From Roseibacillus sp. (GTDB taxonomy: Bacteria; Verrucomicrobiota; Verrucomicrobiia; Verrucomicrobiales; Akkermansiaceae): 64,000 nt of DNA. Location: contig JBPOGI010000001.1 of assembly GCA_051251855.1 (NCBI GenBank), forward strand, positions 1,472,001-1,536,000. Reading direction: 5' to 3'. The notes under the pieces are model-generated. The model saw only the letters and a program-made list of their open reading frames with translations. It ran no database searches and had not been told where the DNA came from. Positions 38,663 through 47,120 of the stretch are shown here, piece by piece. The stretch's first letter is position 1. Every line of letters starts with the position of its first letter. The translations under genes were made by a program, and so were the position numbers.

Positions 38663-41518
38663 ATGACCCTCCCCTCACTACTCCGCCCTCAACCAGCGAT
38701 TGCTCTTCTTTTTCAAGGGGTATCATTCGGCGAGGAGTCTCTGAGCAAAGAGAGAGCGTTACTCAGTTTCGACACGGGTCACACCATTAGTCGAATTCGC
38801 TCCGCCCAACAGGGCGAATCTTCCCGCATCGTTGCCAGCAGCTACGAAGGCACGATCCTCTCCTTCTCATTCTCCGGAAAAGTTCATTGGAAGCAGAAGC
38901 TCTCTGGATTCATGAATCGCGACCTCTGGTGCGCGGACCTAACCGGAGATGGCAACGACGAGATTCTCGCCGCAAACGCGGATGGCCACCTCTACTGCCT
39001 CGACGCCGAAGGCAACCCGCTCTGGAAGTTCCGTCCCTCGCAGGCCCCCATGAATAGCGTGGCAACGCTTACACACGAAGGAACCACCGTTGTGGTCTGC
39101 GGAGGTTACGACAAGAACATCTACTGGCTCTCTGCCAAGGGCGAGCCCATCAAGACGGTCCCTTCTTCGTCCTACTCAATTGAAAAAGTCTGGGGCAAAA
39201 AGAGCGAGAAGAAGCTTCCTAACAGCAAGGAGCACATTGCGAACTTCTTACGACCCGCCGAAGGGGAGAATGGACAGGACATACTCGTCCTCCATGCAGC
39301 CATCAACAGCAACTCTGGGAACGGAAGCCTCTATCTCTTTCAACCGCTTGCCGAACATCCCTTCAAGGTCATCAAGAAACCCATTCTCAGGAAGCCCTCT
39401 GGCGACCTCTCTCTCTGTGATACCGATGGCGACGGCATCGAGGAAGTTCTGTTAGGATCCAGCTCAACGTCCAATGACGGGGGCTTCCTGCATATCGACC
39501 TTCAGTCATCAGAGATGGCTCTCAGAAATTTCCAAGACCTCCGAAAGGAAAAAGCCCTCAGAGAAAAAATGAAAGGACTCGCCTATCGAGTCGCGCAAAC
39601 TTTGCCGCTGGGTCCCCCTCCCCACAAACAATTTTTAACCGCCTTTGGTTCCCGATTTGTTCTTTCCCCTGCTGACTTAAATGCGGAGAACACCGAAGTC
39701 ATCGTCAGCCCCTATTCCTTCAACGACATTTGGAAAGACCCTCGTTCTAACAAAATCCTGCTGGCAAGCATTCAAAGTGGCGGCAGTGGGATTCACATCT
39801 TGGACCCTTCGCAACCGGATTGGAAAAACGCACTCGAGAACTTTCAACCCACGGGAAAAATCGCGCGAGTTCTTTCCAACACGCAGCAAGTTCGAGAACA
39901 GCTTCAGCTCGAAGAACGTCCTTCAGTAAAGACCTCAGCTCGCAAAGTGTATTTCCTAACCGAGGCGCTCTCCGGCGAACTCGAACAGCACGCTCTTGAG
40001 CTCGAAAAAGAACACGGGAATCCCGTCTTCTTGCAAGGCCAGCACATGAACAAAGTCGAGGACTGGGACCGAGTCACCGTCACTAGCGAGCTCTATCGCG
40101 AAAAGAGAGACCGCAGAAAAAGCTATGTCCTGTCCCCCGAAGAAGCGCTCGACCAGCTCTCAAATCTCTACCAGACCACCCGCTCAGGAGTCTCTTATTG
40201 GGGAGGCCATGGAAACGACCCCTACATGTTCAGCAGCGAAACGCTCATCAAAGCGCTCGCCAATCACCCCGAGAAGAAGACCGTTCTCATCTACCCAGAA
40301 CTGGAGAAGTGGAATGACGACTTCGCGATGGTGCTAGACGATCACATCTACCCTTTAGCGAGCACCTTCCAAGGCACCGAGAACCGGCTCTACATTCGAA
40401 CCAAGCATGCCTTTTGGCACTCGATTGTCTATGAACCGCTCTGGAGTCGGCTTCTCTCCGGCGAGTTTGCCGACGTCTTTGTCCCGTCCATGGAAGAGAC
40501 CACGGATAAGACGCCCGAGCAAACCGTTCCCAGTCGCGTCGGCATCTGGGCCAGTGGTGCAGTCAATCAATGGGGCTCGCGAGTCGTTCGTGATAATCCC
40601 AGCTTCGACCGCCTACGCCAGCATTCCGATCAGATGCTACCCAATCACTTTCTGCGCAACCAAATCTATCACCTCTCTCTTGGAGCCACCTACCTCAACA
40701 ACTTTGCAATCGATCAGGATTACTTCAGCGTTCTCTACGATCTCATTGCTCAAGGTGTGCTCTACGTTCCCGCACGAAATGAAATCGTGAGCTTTAATCC
40801 TGTCCACCTCGGAATGACCCGCCCTGATCCCTTCTATCTTGATGAAGGAAACAACGCCAAGTGGGTCACCTTTTTTGACGAAGAAGAAGAGGCCGAGAAC
40901 CCCCGCGTCTTTAGCCGCCTCAACGGAACCTGGCCCGGCGCGCCTGTTCACGAATGGGACTACTCCTCATTCGCTGCCGGGGTAAAGGATCGTCGCTTGA
41001 ACTATCTCCCCCCCTTCGAGAATGGTGTCGTCCTCATTGCCCCTGCCCAAAGCGGAAAGTTCGCCAATCCCGATGCCCCTCGAGGTCGCATGGTCGATCA
41101 CCTCCACCCGCTCTACCGCGAAACCATGCACGAGTTCATCACCAATGGCCGCGAATACCTCTCGCCCGATGGCACCGAAAGCTACCCCGCGGACCAACAC
41201 TATCAATCCGTCGCTCAAGCCATTGCCAAAGGCGCCGAGCTGCTTCCTCTCACCGTCGCAGGCGAAGTGGCTTGGACCGTGGCCCAGACCGCACCCGACC
41301 GACTCCGACTCACTGTCATCGATGGCGGCTACCTCAATCCCAGCAGAAAACAGGCAACGATCACCTTCCGAGCCGCCCGCGCCAAGGCCATGACCGACCT
41401 TCTTTCTGGTGAAACCACTGATTTAAAAGGAAAGAATTCGGCGGCAGTGGAAGTCCCTAGTGGGCTCTTCCGTTTCTACGATGTGGAGCTCACCCAACCA
41501 TTCCATCCCAAAAAATGA
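38663..41518 (+). CDS. cglA: Lambda-carrageenase-like endo-hydrolase (GH150, CglA-like)
   Basis: N-terminal 'FDTGHTI..IRS...IVASSYEG...W...LSGFMN.DLW.AD..GDG.DEILAANADG' propeller repeats, 'WGGHGNDP', 'MEET', 'WG.R..RDN..FDR'. About 950 aa, as recalled for CglA. Confidence 0.82.
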   Translation: MTLPSLLRPQPAIALLFQGVSFGEESLSKERALLSFDTGHTISRIRSAQQGESSRIVASSYEGTILSFSFSGKVHWKQKLSGFMNRDLWCADLTGDGNDEILAANADGHLYCLDAEGNPLWKFRPSQAPMNSVATLTHEGTTVVVCGGYDKNIYWLSAKGEPIKTVPSSSYSIEKVWGKKSEKKLPNSKEHIANFLRPAEGENGQDILVLHAAINSNSGNGSLYLFQPLAEHPFKVIKKPILRKPSGDLSLCDTDGDGIEEVLLGSSSTSNDGGFLHIDLQSSEMALRNFQDLRKEKALREKMKGLAYRVAQTLPLGPPPHKQFLTAFGSRFVLSPADLNAENTEVIVSPYSFNDIWKDPRSNKILLASIQSGGSGIHILDPSQPDWKNALENFQPTGKIARVLSNTQQVREQLQLEERPSVKTSARKVYFLTEALSGELEQHALELEKEHGNPVFLQGQHMNKVEDWDRVTVTSELYREKRDRRKSYVLSPEEALDQLSNLYQTTRSGVSYWGGHGNDPYMFSSETLIKALANHPEKKTVLIYPELEKWNDDFAMVLDDHIYPLASTFQGTENRLYIRTKHAFWHSIVYEPLWSRLLSGEFADVFVPSMEETTDKTPEQTVPSRVGIWASGAVNQWGSRVVRDNPSFDRLRQHSDQMLPNHFLRNQIYHLSLGATYLNNFAIDQDYFSVLYDLIAQGVLYVPARNEIVSFNPVHLGMTRPDPFYLDEGNNAKWVTFFDEEEEAENPRVFSRLNGTWPGAPVHEWDYSSFAAGVKDRRLNYLPPFENGVVLIAPAQSGKFANPDAPRGRMVDHLHPLYRETMHEFITNGREYLSPDGTESYPADQHYQSVAQAIAKGAELLPLTVAGEVAWTVAQTAPDRLRLTVIDGGYLNPSRKQATITFRAARAKAMTDLLSGETTDLKGKNSAAVEVPSGLFRFYDVELTQPFHPKK

Positions 41519-42870
41519 AAACTCTCCTCCTCGCCAGCCTCCTCTTTCCTCTTTTGGCCTGCGCCGAAACTTCGCAGCCTAACATCGTCCTTTTTTTCGT
41601 CGACGACATGGGTTGGGACGACATGGGCTATCGCGACAAACTTTACGAAACACCCCATCTCGACCAACTTGCCCAGGAGAGCGTCGATTTTCAACAAGCC
41701 TACATTCCCTGCCCCACTTGCAGCCCCAGCCGAGGTGCCTTGGTCACAGGACAGCACCCCGCCCGCCTCAAGCTCGTCCGCCACATTCCCAACGATCCCG
41801 AAAACGGATTCGACGAATTTGGGCGCTCCGAAAAGAAATTCAATCTCTGGCCCACCGACCCCGCCCAATTCCCCTGCGTCAATTGGCTCAGTCTCGACCA
41901 CCCCACCTACGCCGAGGAGCTGGGAAAACTTGGATACTACAACTTGTTCGTCGGAAAGTGGCACTTGGGCCACGAACCCTACCATCCTGTCAAACAAGGA
42001 TTCGACCGCCAGATTGGCACCTCCAACTTCGGCCACCCCAAGTCCTACTACCCGCCCTATTTCAAGAACGGCCCGGTCTTCGCCGATGAGAAAGAACGCT
42101 ACCTCACCGACAAGCTCACCGACGAGACCGTCTCCTTCATCGCCGACTACGAAAAGGAGAAGCCCTTTATGATTTCGCTCTGGTATTACACTGTTCACGG
42201 TCCCCACGTCGGTCGCAAGGACCTCATTCAGCGCTTCAAGGACAAGGGTATGGAGAAGAAGGAAGCCACCTACGCCGCCATGTGCACCGCGATGGACGAA
42301 TCTGTCGGTCGCGTTCGCAAGGCCCTTTCCGAGAAAGGAATCGCCGACGACACCGTCATCATTTTTCTTTCCGACCAGGGAGCGATGTTCGAGAACAAGC
42401 CTTTCCGCGGAGGGAAACGAAGCGAGACCCTCTACGAAGGCGGGGCGCGCGTGCCCTTCATGATTTCCTGGCCCGGAGTCACCAAAGCTGGACCGAACAG
42501 GCAGGTCGTCGAGTCCACCGACCTCTTTCCCACCCTACTGGAAATCGCTGGCGGCGACCCCTCCGGAGTCAAGAACCTCAACGGTGTCTCCCTCCTTCCC
42601 GCCCTCAAAAACGGAGCTATCGTCGAGCGCACCAATCCCATCATCGGCTACCGCGCCTACGAAGACCTCTACGCCTCGGTCCGCGATGGTGACTGGAAAC
42701 TGCTCGCCTACCGCAGCGGCACCATCAAGCTCTACAACCTCGCCCAAGACATCAGCGAAACCACCGACCTCTCCGAAAAGGAAACCGAAATCACAACCCG
42801 TCTCGTAGAAACTCTCAAGGCGTGGGAGAAAGAAATGCAGGTCGAACAATACTCAGGCGTCCAATCATGA
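41515..42870 (+). CDS. S1 sulfatase
   Basis: ATGA overlap, 'PNIVLFFVDDMG', 'CSPSR', 'GKWHLG', 'SDQG'. Confidence 0.92.
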   Translation: MKTLLLASLLFPLLACAETSQPNIVLFFVDDMGWDDMGYRDKLYETPHLDQLAQESVDFQQAYIPCPTCSPSRGALVTGQHPARLKLVRHIPNDPENGFDEFGRSEKKFNLWPTDPAQFPCVNWLSLDHPTYAEELGKLGYYNLFVGKWHLGHEPYHPVKQGFDRQIGTSNFGHPKSYYPPYFKNGPVFADEKERYLTDKLTDETVSFIADYEKEKPFMISLWYYTVHGPHVGRKDLIQRFKDKGMEKKEATYAAMCTAMDESVGRVRKALSEKGIADDTVIIFLSDQGAMFENKPFRGGKRSETLYEGGARVPFMISWPGVTKAGPNRQVVESTDLFPTLLEIAGGDPSGVKNLNGVSLLPALKNGAIVERTNPIIGYRAYEDLYASVRDGDWKLLAYRSGTIKLYNLAQDISETTDLSEKETEITTRLVETLKAWEKEMQVEQYSGVQS

Positions 42871-44288
42871 AAACCCTCCTCTCTCTTATCCTCCTTCTCC
42901 CTCTGTCCGCAGCGGAGAAGCCCAACATCGTCCTTTTCGTCTCCGATGACCACGGTCTCGATGCCCTCGGCTGCTACGGCAACCCCGTCATCGAGACACC
43001 TAACATGGACAAACTTGCCGCTGAGGGTGTCCGCTTCACCAATGCCTACTGCACCAGCGCCAGTTGCGCCGCCAGCCGCTCGGTCATTCTCACCGGACTC
43101 TACGGTCACGCCACCGGCTCCTACGGTCACGTCCACGACTACCATCACTTCAGCACCTATTCCCACGTCAAGTCTCTCCCCGTCCGTCTCTCGGCTGCTG
43201 GCTATCACACCGCCCGTATTGGTAAATACCACGTCGCCCCCGAGAGCGTCTATCAGTTCGACACCACCCACGAAGCCAACCCCCGCAGCACCGTCGAAAT
43301 GGCGGAAGCCTGCCGCCCTACCATCGCCGGCGACCAGCCCTTCTTTCTCTACTTTTGCCCTGACGATCCTCATCGCGGCGCACCCTTCACCCCCGACGAT
43401 TGGACCGACCCCAACACCTTTGGCAACCGCCCCGAGGGCTATCCCGGAGTCGAAGCCAAAAAATACGATCCTACCAAAGTGATCGTTCCTACCTTTCTTC
43501 CCGACTCCAAGGAATGCCGCGAGGAGTTGGCCGAATACTACCAATCCGTCTCCCGCATCGATCAGGGTCTCGGGAAACTTTTTTCCATTCTCGAAGAAAC
43601 CGGAAAGGCCGACAACACCGTCGTTATCTACCTCTCCGATAACGGCATCGCCTTCCCCGGAGCCAAAACCACGGTCTACGAACCCGGCATCAAGCTTCCC
43701 CTCATCATCACCGACCCCCGCAAGCCTGACCTCAAGGGAAAAGTGAACGAAGCCTTTGTCAGCTGGGTGGACCTCACTCCCACCATCCTAGAACTCTCAC
43801 AAATCGACGAATCCAAAGAACAATTTCAAGGCCGCTCCCTCCTTCCTATCCTTGCCACTCCCAATCCGAAAGGATGGAACGAAGTCTACGCCGCCCACAA
43901 CTTCCACGAACTCACCATGTATTACCCCATGCGCGTGATTCGCATCGATGACTTCAAGCTCATCTGGAACATCGCCCACGGTCTCGACTACCCCTTCGCG
44001 ACCGACCTCTGGGCAGCTTCCACCTGGCAAGCCGTCTACCACAGCGAAGAGCAGCAATACGGCAAGCGCTCGGTGAAGGACTATCTCAAGCGACCACAAT
44101 TCGAACTCTACAACCTCGCCACCGATCCTGACGAAGTGAACAACCTCGCAGAGGATCCCGCTCACTCAAAACAACTCGCATCCCTCAAAGAGAAACTCAA
44201 AGCCTTTCAATTGAAGACCAAGGACCCTTGGCAAATCTCTTGGGGAGACTACGAAACCGAAGTTCAGGGAACCGGAGTCGGCCTCTAA
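42867..44288 (+). CDS. S1 sulfatase (sulfamidase/SGSH-like group)
   Basis: ATGA overlap at 42867, 'PNIVLFVSDDHG', 'CAASR', 'GKYHV', 'SDNG', 'HE...YYPMR'. Confidence 0.92.
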   Translation: MKTLLSLILLLPLSAAEKPNIVLFVSDDHGLDALGCYGNPVIETPNMDKLAAEGVRFTNAYCTSASCAASRSVILTGLYGHATGSYGHVHDYHHFSTYSHVKSLPVRLSAAGYHTARIGKYHVAPESVYQFDTTHEANPRSTVEMAEACRPTIAGDQPFFLYFCPDDPHRGAPFTPDDWTDPNTFGNRPEGYPGVEAKKYDPTKVIVPTFLPDSKECREELAEYYQSVSRIDQGLGKLFSILEETGKADNTVVIYLSDNGIAFPGAKTTVYEPGIKLPLIITDPRKPDLKGKVNEAFVSWVDLTPTILELSQIDESKEQFQGRSLLPILATPNPKGWNEVYAAHNFHELTMYYPMRVIRIDDFKLIWNIAHGLDYPFATDLWAASTWQAVYHSEEQQYGKRSVKDYLKRPQFELYNLATDPDEVNNLAEDPAHSKQLASLKEKLKAFQLKTKDPWQISWGDYETEVQGTGVGL

Positions 44289-44298
44289 CAAAAATAAC

Positions 44299-45771
44299 AT
44301 GATGAAAACTGTATTCGCCCTCCTCCTCTGCTTGAGCCCGCTTCTCACGGCCCAGAACAAGCCTAACATTGTGTGGATCATCCCCGACGATATGTCCGCC
44401 CATTTTTCCAGCTACGGAGAAACGGCCATCGAGACTCCCCACGTCGATCGACTTGCCAAACGCGGAGTCAAATTCACCAACGCCGTGGTCACCGCTCCCG
44501 TCTGCTCAACCTGCCGTTCGGCGTTCATCACCGGAAGGTATCAAACCTCCATTGGAGCTCATCACCACCGGAGCGGACGTGGAGTAGAGAAGATCACCTT
44601 ACCGGATGCTATCAAGCTCGTCCCCCAACTCTTTCAAGAGGCCGGCTACTTCACCACCATTTCCGCTTGGCCAAAGCAGGGAAAAAAACTCGGCAAGACG
44701 GACTATAACTTCGAATGGGACGAGTCAGTCTACGATGGCAATGACTGGTCAGAACGCGAAGAAGGACAACCCTTCTTTGCCCAGATTCAAACGCCCGGTG
44801 GAAAGCTTCGAGGTAGCGACAAGGACTCATGGGAACGCATCCAAGCAAAGGCTGAACAAACCTTCGGCGACCGAACCCCGGATAGCGCGGTCAAGCTGCC
44901 CCCCTACTACCCGAACCACCCCGACCTCATTCGGGATTGGGCCGCCTACCTTGATTCTGTTCGTCTCACGGATCACATGGTGGGCGAAGTGGTGGCTCGA
45001 CTCGAGAAGGAAGGACTCTTGGAGAACACTCTCATCCTCTTCATGACCGACCACGGCATCAGTCACGCTCGCGGGAAGCAGTTTCTTTATGAAGAAGGCA
45101 TCTACGTCCCCCTCGTCATCGCAGGCCCAGGCATCACAGCTAACTCGGTTCGCGAGGACCCAGTTGAGCACATCGATATCGCCGCTCTATCCCTCGGTGC
45201 CGCCAACATTTCTGTTCCCGATTGGATGCAAGCTCGCGACATCCTTGCCAAAGACTACCAACCCCGTAGCGAGGTCTTCTCGGCTCGTGATCGCTGCGAC
45301 GAGACCGTTGATCACCTTCGCTCCGTCCGTACCAAAGACTTCAAGTATATCCGCAACTTTCTTCCCGAACGTCCCTATCTCCAACCATCCGCTTACAAGG
45401 ATGCGAAACAGATCCTCATCGCTCTCAGAGAATGGAACACTGCCGGCAAATTGAATGAGGTTCAAAAAGGCCTCTTCCAAGAAACTCGACCACCGGAAGA
45501 ACTCTACGATCTCAAGAACGATCCCTTCGAAGTGGAAAACCTCGCAGACAAACCCGAGTATCAGGAAAAACTCGGAGCTCTTCGTGCCAGCCTCGATGAA
45601 TGGATGAAGGCCACCAATGACCTCGGTCAAACTCGAGAGCCAAAGAAAATGTTCGAAAGCGACATGAAGATCTATCTCGATACGGTGAAGCGAAGAAAGG
45701 ATTCCCAACACGTGCAAATTCTGGAAGCCAACATCGAACTCATGAGAAAGTGGCGCTCTGAAGGCAAATAG
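44299..45771 (+). CDS. S1 sulfatase (SGSH-like group, atypical CSTCR motif)
   Basis: 'PNIVWIIPDDM', 'CSTCRSAFITG', 'KTDYNF', 'TDHG', 'RDRCDE', 'EELYDL..DP'. Confidence 0.9.
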   Translation: MMKTVFALLLCLSPLLTAQNKPNIVWIIPDDMSAHFSSYGETAIETPHVDRLAKRGVKFTNAVVTAPVCSTCRSAFITGRYQTSIGAHHHRSGRGVEKITLPDAIKLVPQLFQEAGYFTTISAWPKQGKKLGKTDYNFEWDESVYDGNDWSEREEGQPFFAQIQTPGGKLRGSDKDSWERIQAKAEQTFGDRTPDSAVKLPPYYPNHPDLIRDWAAYLDSVRLTDHMVGEVVARLEKEGLLENTLILFMTDHGISHARGKQFLYEEGIYVPLVIAGPGITANSVREDPVEHIDIAALSLGAANISVPDWMQARDILAKDYQPRSEVFSARDRCDETVDHLRSVRTKDFKYIRNFLPERPYLQPSAYKDAKQILIALREWNTAGKLNEVQKGLFQETRPPEELYDLKNDPFEVENLADKPEYQEKLGALRASLDEWMKATNDLGQTREPKKMFESDMKIYLDTVKRRKDSQHVQILEANIELMRKWRSEGK

Positions 45772-45846
45772 AGAAAAGGACCTCAATGGGTCCGAGGTCG
45801 ATTTCTTATCGGCGCGAATCGGAAACACGAAAACTTCTCATCCATC

Positions 45847-46983
45847 ATAAAAAGTAAGCCGGACATTCCCCAGATCGCGATTCAGCTCAATACCATGCAG
45901 TCGTGGAGCCGCTCGATTCTCAAGGGCATCCTTTCCTATGCTCAGGAGGTGGGTCCTTGGCACGTCTGGATTGATGCTTCGGGGAAACACGAATTCCCCG
46001 TAGGTTGGCGAGGTGATGGAGTGATCGCTCGAGTCGATAGCCCCGAAATTGCAAGCTTCCTCAATGACTTGAACCTCCCCGTCGTCGATGTCTGCGACGA
46101 CCCCTCCTCCACATTCCAAGCTCCCAAAATCCGCACCGACGACCGAGTCGGCACCGAACTCGCCGCAGGACATCTCATCGAGCGTGGCCTGCGAAATATC
46201 GGTTTCGTTGGCCCCCAGAACATTGCCAACGCTCAGGTGTATCATCGCCATTTCCTCACTGCGCTGGAGGAACGAGACCTTGAATGCCACTCCCTTCAAT
46301 TCGACAACAACGACCCAGACATTCTAAAGAGCATCACCGAGTGGCTACTCCAAGTTCCCAAGCCCATCGGTATTCTCGCCTGGGGACATGGCTTTGCTCG
46401 CAATGTCATGGACTGTTGCCTGGAGGAGGGAATCTCGGTTCCCCACGATGTGGCCGTCATCAGCGGAAGCTACGACGAACTCTTTTCCCATGCCTGCTAT
46501 CCCTCGCTATCGGGAATCCTTCTCCCCACCGAGACCATTGGCTATCAGGCGGCTCAAGTTCTCCACAAAATGATGCTAGGCGAACCTGTGGAATCCGAAG
46601 TCACCCTCATCCCTCCGCGTGGAGTGATGGCTCAACTCTCGACCGACACCCTCGCCATCGATGATCCCAAGCTCATTCAAGTCATCAACTTCATCCGCGC
46701 CAATGCCTTCGAGCCCATTACCATGGACGACATCTTACGCGAGGTCCCCATGGCTCGTCGTTCGCTTGAACGACGTTTCCGCCAGACCTTTGGGCATTCT
46801 CCTTCCGAAGAAATCCGAAAAATCCGCGTCGACAGAGCTCGCAAACTTCTCGCCGAAACCGATCTACAAATGCAAGAAATCGCCGAGAACTGCGGATATG
46901 CTACCTACAATTACCTGACTCACGTCTTCAAAAAAACCACAGGCAAGACACCACGGGAATATCGCAACCAGTTTCGTTCTTAG
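45847..46983 (+). CDS. XylR-type transcriptional regulator (periplasmic-binding-protein-like domain + AraC HTH)
   Basis: 'SRSILKGI', 'DGVIAR', 'AAGHL..RG', 'VPHDVAVI', 'RRSLERRF', 'IAENCGY'. First ATG is at 45895, but the expected first beta-strand lies upstream, so ATA 45847 is proposed as start. Confidence 0.88.
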   Translation: MKSKPDIPQIAIQLNTMQSWSRSILKGILSYAQEVGPWHVWIDASGKHEFPVGWRGDGVIARVDSPEIASFLNDLNLPVVDVCDDPSSTFQAPKIRTDDRVGTELAAGHLIERGLRNIGFVGPQNIANAQVYHRHFLTALEERDLECHSLQFDNNDPDILKSITEWLLQVPKPIGILAWGHGFARNVMDCCLEEGISVPHDVAVISGSYDELFSHACYPSLSGILLPTETIGYQAAQVLHKMMLGEPVESEVTLIPPRGVMAQLSTDTLAIDDPKLIQVINFIRANAFEPITMDDILREVPMARRSLERRFRQTFGHSPSEEIRKIRVDRARKLLAETDLQMQEIAENCGYATYNYLTHVFKKTTGKTPREYRNQFRS

Positions 46984-47008
46984 TTGCGAGTCCAGACTTT
47001 TTGACCAA

Positions 47009-47031
47009 ATCGCGCACTTTAAAAGCGTGAG
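47009..47031. promoter_or_regulatory. Putative dyad operator, copy 5 (upstream of giant pilin-like gene)
   Basis: ATC-GCGCAC-TTTAA-AAGCGT-GAG. Confidence 0.55.
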
Positions 47032-47120
47032 CTACATATTGCTGAGCCCCAACAGAAATGTATGGTAATTGTAAATTCATGAAATGGTTTCATTTCACAT
47101 TTCAATTCGAATCTTTTCCA

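Noticed and set aside
45769..45894. Possible TAG readthrough fusing the sulfatase to the in-frame XylR regulator
   Set aside because: A secreted sulfatase fused to a cytoplasmic regulator is implausible, no recoding signal or pyl genes were seen, and shared frame has a 1-in-3 chance.
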